Of a stretch of 64,000 bases of DNA, positions 59,433 to 64,000 are shown piece after piece. The notes beneath the pieces are model-generated. The model worked only from the letters and a program-made list of their open reading frames with translations. It ran no database searches and was not told the DNA's origin. How positions within the stretch are numbered: the stretch's first letter is position 1; every line of letters starts with the position of its first letter. A program made the position numbers and the translations under genes. The stretch is from Candidatus Aenigmatarchaeota archaeon. Lineage in GTDB: Archaea; Aenigmatarchaeota; Aenigmatarchaeia; CG10238-14; SpSt-28. The stretch spans positions 32,001 to 96,000 of the forward strand of contig JAVVFY010000003.1 in assembly GCA_032249395.1 (NCBI GenBank). Direction: 5' to 3'.

Positions 59433-60611
59433 ATGAGTCTAAAATCAATTTCCACTTTTCTAGCAAGCGTTTTATTAATTGGCTTTACTATTGCTAGTGG
59501 AATAATAGTTTATTATTTTTTAACAAATTTACCAAAAGTTCAAACTACAGAAATTTCTAGCCAAGCTTCTAAAGTATTAAGCTGTGCAGGAGATACTTTT
59601 GATGTTAAAGTAAGAAATTGCAATTTATTGAATGGATTAGTATTATGGCTACCAATGGATGAAGGCAGTGGAACAATAACTTATGATTATTCTGGTTATG
59701 GAAACAATGGAACATTATATAATGGTACTAACATATGTTCTAATCCACCTACTTCTGGTTGTCCAACTTGGGTTGATGGAAAGATTGGAAAAGCTTTGAG
59801 TTTTGATGGTAGCGATGATTATGTAACCATAGGTAATGTTGGTTCTGGAGTTACAAGTGGTAGTAGTAATGATATAGGTAGTTTATTGGGTAATGGTCCA
59901 TTTACTGTTACTTTATGGTATAAACCAATTTCTAATCCAGGATCTAGTGATTGGGATTTTTTACTTGATCAAAGAGCTGACATTAATTGGGGGGATGGTT
60001 TTTATATCCTAAATGATGGTAGACTTTCAAATAAAATACTATTTGGTGTTGCTGATTCGACATCAAGTGAAAAGACAGTAAATAGCAATACTCAATTACA
60101 GGTAAACAATTGGTATCATATTGTTGCTTTGTATGATGGAAGTGCGATAAGAATCTATGTAAATGGTAACTTCGAAAACTCTGTATCTCAAACAACGAGA
60201 AGAAGTAACACAGTAGGAGCAGTCATAGGTTCTAGATATTCTAAGGATCAAAAATATGTTAACGGTATTATAGACGAGGTCCACATTTACAACAGAGCTT
60301 TAAGCGAAGATGAAATTAAACAATTGTATTACAATGGCTTAACGAACAAATTCAACATAACTATTGGATTGTTGAATTTTGGATATGCAGATTTGGGTAA
60401 AAGCTTTAATGCTATTGTTTATTTAAAAAATGGAACAATTTTACAATTACCTCTAGTTTTAAACAGAGATTTAACTAAAGGAAGCTATTTAGAAAAAACT
60501 TTAACAATAGATGGCTATTATCCGAGCTATGGATTAGTTGATAAAATAATGGTTTGTAGCAATGATTGCCAAGGGGTTTGTAGTGAAATAAAAATAAACA
60601 ATCAATGTTAA
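59433..60611 (+). CDS. Type IV pilin-like protein (class III signal) carrying a LamG/concanavalin-like domain
   Basis: MSLKS|ISTFLASVLLIGFTIA; LVLWLPMDEGSG..YDYSGYGNNGT, GKALSFDG, WYHIV, GIIDEVHIYNRALS. Confidence 0.85.
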   Translation: MSLKSISTFLASVLLIGFTIASGIIVYYFLTNLPKVQTTEISSQASKVLSCAGDTFDVKVRNCNLLNGLVLWLPMDEGSGTITYDYSGYGNNGTLYNGTNICSNPPTSGCPTWVDGKIGKALSFDGSDDYVTIGNVGSGVTSGSSNDIGSLLGNGPFTVTLWYKPISNPGSSDWDFLLDQRADINWGDGFYILNDGRLSNKILFGVADSTSSEKTVNSNTQLQVNNWYHIVALYDGSAIRIYVNGNFENSVSQTTRRSNTVGAVIGSRYSKDQKYVNGIIDEVHIYNRALSEDEIKQLYYNGLTNKFNITIGLLNFGYADLGKSFNAIVYLKNGTILQLPLVLNRDLTKGSYLEKTLTIDGYYPSYGLVDKIMVCSNDCQGVCSEIKINNQC

Positions 60612-60617
60612 AATCTT

Positions 60618-60782
60618 TTACACTCTAATTCTCGTTCTTCTCCATCTTTTAGGATGAGTAATTATTCTTCTTGTTCTTGCCCTTTTCAATCCAAACTTTC
60701 TTATGCTAGCCCATATTGGTGCTCTTCTTATCTTTGCTATTGCAGCAAGCTTTATTTTCTTAGTTATATGCTCTATAGACAA
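60618..60782 (-). CDS. rpl39e: Ribosomal protein eL39 (54 aa, below the ORF-track cutoff)
   Basis: TTG start after AGGAGG; (M)SIEHITKKIKLAAIAKIRRAPIWASIRKFGLKRARTRRIITHPKRWRRTRIRV has the eL39 pattern KK.KLA...P.W....K...HP.RWRR. Confidence 0.8.
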   Translation of the reverse strand: MSIEHITKKIKLAAIAKIRRAPIWASIRKFGLKRARTRRIITHPKRWRRTRIRV

Positions 60783-61535
60783 TTACAACAACCTCCTTAA
60801 TTCTTTTGATTTTTCTATTGCTAAATCTAAAGCATTTTCTATATCTTTAAAACTAAAAGTTCCTATTCCTTGCTTTTGTATAGCGCAAATCCTATCATCA
60901 TCTCTAATTCCAATAACAAGTCTAGCATCAATTACATCTTCCTCTTCTTTACTTAAATCTACAAGCAGGCTATTGTTATATTTTCCAATAGTTACACTAA
61001 CTGGCTTGTAAATTACAGGCAATTTAGAAACAAACTCTCCTCTTATTATTTTTCCGTTTTCTATTTTTGGGATTTGAGTATGAAGCAAAGCTTTTATAGA
61101 TGCAAGCATAGAAGCATCCATAATGTTGCCTCTCATATCAAATATAGCTATGTCAACATAAACAATCCAAACTTTTCCTTCTTCTATAAATAGTTTATCA
61201 AGTTCTATTGCTTGAGATTCTCTAATTATTCTATCTACGATCCTAGCTAACTCTATTGCATCTTCTCCTGGAGGTCCGGGTTCTATTTCTGGAGAAGATA
61301 ATGGAGTAAATTCTGCATTAACTATCAATATTCCTTCATTAGGAGAATCTGGAAATGGTTCCCCTAAATCCAGTTTTACTCCAGCATAAACTTTTGTTCC
61401 TCCAAGATTAACAAAAGCTGAACCTTCTGCTTTAGAAGCTACAGAATGTTTTATTTCTATAGGTCTGTAATCTTTAAAACCCCTTCCATCAATCCTTTTA
61501 CCTTGGTTTAAATACTCTTTAACAAATTCTTCCAT
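60783..61535 (-). CDS. rrp42: Exosome subunit Rrp42
   Basis: RIDGRGFKDYR, AEGSAFVNLGGT, EPFPDSPNEG, EPGPPGEDAIELARIVDRIIRES. Confidence 0.95.
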   Translation of the reverse strand: MEEFVKEYLNQGKRIDGRGFKDYRPIEIKHSVASKAEGSAFVNLGGTKVYAGVKLDLGEPFPDSPNEGILIVNAEFTPLSSPEIEPGPPGEDAIELARIVDRIIRESQAIELDKLFIEEGKVWIVYVDIAIFDMRGNIMDASMLASIKALLHTQIPKIENGKIIRGEFVSKLPVIYKPVSVTIGKYNNSLLVDLSKEEEDVIDARLVIGIRDDDRICAIQKQGIGTFSFKDIENALDLAIEKSKELRRLL

Positions 61536-62264
61536 TCACTCTTCCTCCCTTTCTGTTTTGAATTTATCGAGCAATGTCTTTTTTTGTAATTCATATATTT
61601 TTTTACAAACTTCTTCAGCTTTCTTCAAAAGTTCCAAAACTTCCTCTTTAGTTAACCTTCCGTCCATTTGTAAAAGAGTTATTAAACCTTTAGAGGGCAT
61701 CATAGCAACAGCCATATCTGATTCTGAATAGTTATCTTCTTTACCATTCAAATCAACTATTAAAGTATTATCAACTTTTCCCACAGAACAAGCAGCAACT
61801 AAATCTTTCATTGGTATGCCAGCAGAAGCTAAAGCCAAAGACGCCGCATTTATAGCTGTTACTCTTGTGCTACCATCGGCTTGAACAATATTTTCATAAA
61901 CATCCACGACTGCCTTTGGAAAATCTTCAATAAAAATTGCTGCAGTCAAAGCTTCCTTTGTAACTTTTGAAATCTCTATGCTTCTTCTATCTGGAGCCGG
62001 ATTTTTTCTTTCATCGACAGAAAAGGGAGACATAGAATAAATCACTCTAACCAAACCGACGTCACTTTCTTGCAAGAACTTTGGGAATAGTGCCCTAGGC
62101 CCATAAACAGCAACTATAGCTTCTGTATTTCCAAAGCTAACTCTGGCGGAGCCATCAGCATTAGAAATTTCCCCTACTGACATTTTTATTTCTCTAACTT
62201 CTTCTGGCAATCTACCATCAATTCTTCTGCCATTAACTATAAGCTTAACATCTGATTTTTTCAT
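61536..62264 (-). CDS. rrp41: Exosome subunit Rrp41
   Basis: RIDGRLPEEVR, AVYGPR, PFSVDERK, QADGSTR, DLNGKEDNYSESD. Confidence 0.95.
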   Translation of the reverse strand: MKKSDVKLIVNGRRIDGRLPEEVREIKMSVGEISNADGSARVSFGNTEAIVAVYGPRALFPKFLQESDVGLVRVIYSMSPFSVDERKNPAPDRRSIEISKVTKEALTAAIFIEDFPKAVVDVYENIVQADGSTRVTAINAASLALASAGIPMKDLVAACSVGKVDNTLIVDLNGKEDNYSESDMAVAMMPSKGLITLLQMDGRLTKEEVLELLKKAEEVCKKIYELQKKTLLDKFKTEREEE

Positions 62265-62921
62265 TTAACCACCCAACATTTTTGCTATTTTTTCAGTTAA
62301 TCCAACTGTATGAGCTTCTTTTTCGATTGTCAAAATAGCCTCAATGGCCTTTTCTTTATTCCCTCCTTTTATCCAAATTACTCCATTCTGACCAACATAA
62401 ATTTCGGAACCAGTTTTTTTCTTAATCATTTCTATCATGCTTCCTCCCTTCCCTATAACTCTAGCAACTTTGTAAGGAGTAATTTTTATAGTTATCCCAC
62501 CAAAAAGTTTTCTTGCTAGCATGTCTTTCATGCTAACTTGAATTATTTTATTTTTCGTTACTTTTGTTATTTTACAAAATATTACATCATCAATATCATA
62601 AAACCTGCTTAAATCAACTCTTCTAACATCAACAAACTCTTCAACCGCTTCACCTAATGGTAAGAATGCTCTATAAGGAGAATTTATATCAACCCACCAT
62701 CCAGAAACTTCTATTTCTTCTATTCTTCCTATAATCCTATCTCCAACCTTAGGAAAATACTTGCCTGCCAACGGGACTACAGCTATTTCTTCTTCGCTAA
62801 TTTTAAGTACACCTAACACTTTTGAAAATACTTTTTCCCCTTCAACATAACAATTAACGATCTTTCTCCCTTTCCTCTCTCCAATGTACGTTCCAGGTAA
62901 AACAATTTCTCTTTGAGTCAT
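62265..62921 (-). CDS. rrp4: Exosome RNA-binding subunit Rrp4
   Basis: IVLPG, YFPKVGD, S1 domain, KH VIGKGGSMI, VGQNGVIW. Confidence 0.95.
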   Translation of the reverse strand: MTQREIVLPGTYIGERKGRKIVNCYVEGEKVFSKVLGVLKISEEEIAVVPLAGKYFPKVGDRIIGRIEEIEVSGWWVDINSPYRAFLPLGEAVEEFVDVRRVDLSRFYDIDDVIFCKITKVTKNKIIQVSMKDMLARKLFGGITIKITPYKVARVIGKGGSMIEMIKKKTGSEIYVGQNGVIWIKGGNKEKAIEAILTIEKEAHTVGLTEKIAKMLGG

Positions 62922-63625
62922 ACTTCCACCTTCTTCAGAACTTTAGATTCAAAATTTCCTTTTGTTATTTCGGCAATCTTTCTAAAGAATTCATCTTGAA
63001 CACCGCTAAATATTTCAATTTGTACTTGCAAACTTCCGTCTCCCAAATACTCTTCGCTTTTTACCTCCCCCGCCTTAGTTATTACACTATAAACTTTTCC
63101 AGAATATTCAGCAGGAATTTTTAATTGCAGAAGAACTCTCTCAAATTTTATTGGTAATATAGGTTTTATAGCCTTAAGAACTCTCTCTAATTGAATTTCC
63201 GCATCAAGAAAAGGATCAATATTTACACCAGCCATCTCCATAGCATTGAGAATTCTTTGAGGAGGATGTGGTGTATTTGTTTGGGGATTTATTGCCCTCT
63301 TTGAAATTAAATTTGCTATTTGATTTTTCTTTTCTTCTATCAACTCTCTCTTTTGCTCGGTTGTTAAAGAAAACTCTCCTTTCTTTATTATCTCTTCCGC
63401 TATTTTGAATACATCAGTAGTTCCAAAAGTCTTTTGTAAATCTTCCTCTCTTGCAGCTTCTCCTCTTCTTGCATCTTTGTATATAGCAGGATAAGCTAAT
63501 ACTTCTTGTATATTTATGTTTGCGCCTTTTTTCATCTCAAAAGCTTTTCTTGGATCTACTAAAATCTCAAAATTCATCCCTTTAGATTTTAACCTTGCAA
63601 CTACAGCCTTATCAACACTAATCAT
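62918..63625 (-). CDS. sdo1: Ribosome maturation protein SBDS/Sdo1
   Basis: FEILVDP, IYKDARRG, FGTTD, INPQTNTPHPPQRI. Confidence 0.95.
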   Translation of the reverse strand: MISVDKAVVARLKSKGMNFEILVDPRKAFEMKKGANINIQEVLAYPAIYKDARRGEAAREEDLQKTFGTTDVFKIAEEIIKKGEFSLTTEQKRELIEEKKNQIANLISKRAINPQTNTPHPPQRILNAMEMAGVNIDPFLDAEIQLERVLKAIKPILPIKFERVLLQLKIPAEYSGKVYSVITKAGEVKSEEYLGDGSLQVQIEIFSGVQDEFFRKIAEITKGNFESKVLKKVEV

Positions 63626-63631
63626 AAGAAT

Positions 63632-64000
63632 TCACTTTAGTATCTTTTTTATGTCATCTTCCCCTAAAATGGTAAACTTTTTGTTTTCAATAACTGCTAT
63701 ATCAATCTTCTTTCCTTCTTTTATCTTTTCTGTTTTTTCAAGTACGTCTATTGCTAATTTTATAGCATCTTTCTTTGTTATGTTTGGGTTCCATTCTTCT
63801 CTAAATATTTTCATCGCAGTCTGCGCCCCTCTTCCAATAGCATAGGCATACCATTCAAAAAGCATGCCAGATGGGTCTGCTTCTATTAAATGAGTTCCTG
63901 TATGATCCTCTCCTCCAAAAATTATTGTAACTCCATAAGGTCTCAAGCCACCATATTGGGTCAAAAGTTGCATTCTATTTCCAACTTCCTTTGCTAAAGT
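63632..64000 (-). CDS. psmA: Proteasome alpha subunit (5'-truncated by the window edge)
   Basis: TQYGGLRPYGV, EADPSG, AIGRG; canonical psmA-SBDS-rrp4-rrp41-rrp42 order. Confidence 0.92.
   Translation of the reverse strand, partial: TLAKEVGNRMQLLTQYGGLRPYGVTIIFGGEDHTGTHLIEADPSGMLFEWYAYAIGRGAQTAMKIFREEWNPNITKKDAIKLAIDVLEKTEKIKEGKKIDIAVIENKKFTILGEDDIKKILK

Noticed and set aside
60703..61011. 102-aa plus-strand hydrophobic ORF
   Set aside because: It is antisense to rrp42 and rpl39e.

Overview
AT-rich archaeal chromosome segment, most likely a DPANN archaeon (Aenigmarchaeota/Micrarchaeota-like; inferred from gene content and an epsilon2-type splicing endonuclease). The left 17.5 kb is one giant minus-strand ORF absent from the ORF track. 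It is at least 5,844 codons, runs off the window edge, and encodes a Cys/Asn-rich surface protein with about 11 copies of a ~320-360 aa repeat. Next come a small secreted protein, a divergent coiled-coil/winged-helix gene lying within about 24 TCGAC/GTCGA motifs, and a ~1.1 kb non-coding stretch with an ORB-like inverted repeat (candidate operator array, centromere-like site or origin). The rest is mostly housekeeping: tmk, eS26, fen1, endA, leuS, the RNA polymerase/str cluster, nth, polB, proS, aspS, exosome, SBDS, proteasome alpha and 5 tRNAs. Highlights: (1) a tRNA-Arg(UCU) with an 11-nt intron at position 8/9 whose splice motif can only form through a 5' leader antisense to its own D-arm, plus a second intron at 37/38; (2) an in-frame Rpo2C-Rpo1N (B'-A') fusion; (3) an intein in the EF-2 P-loop; (4) substitutions in normally near-invariant motifs of uS12, EF-1alpha, EF-2 and the RNAP bridge helix; (5) a PAP2 phosphatase fused to a dolichol/phytol-kinase-like domain. 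All counts and alignments were done by eye and no database searches were run.
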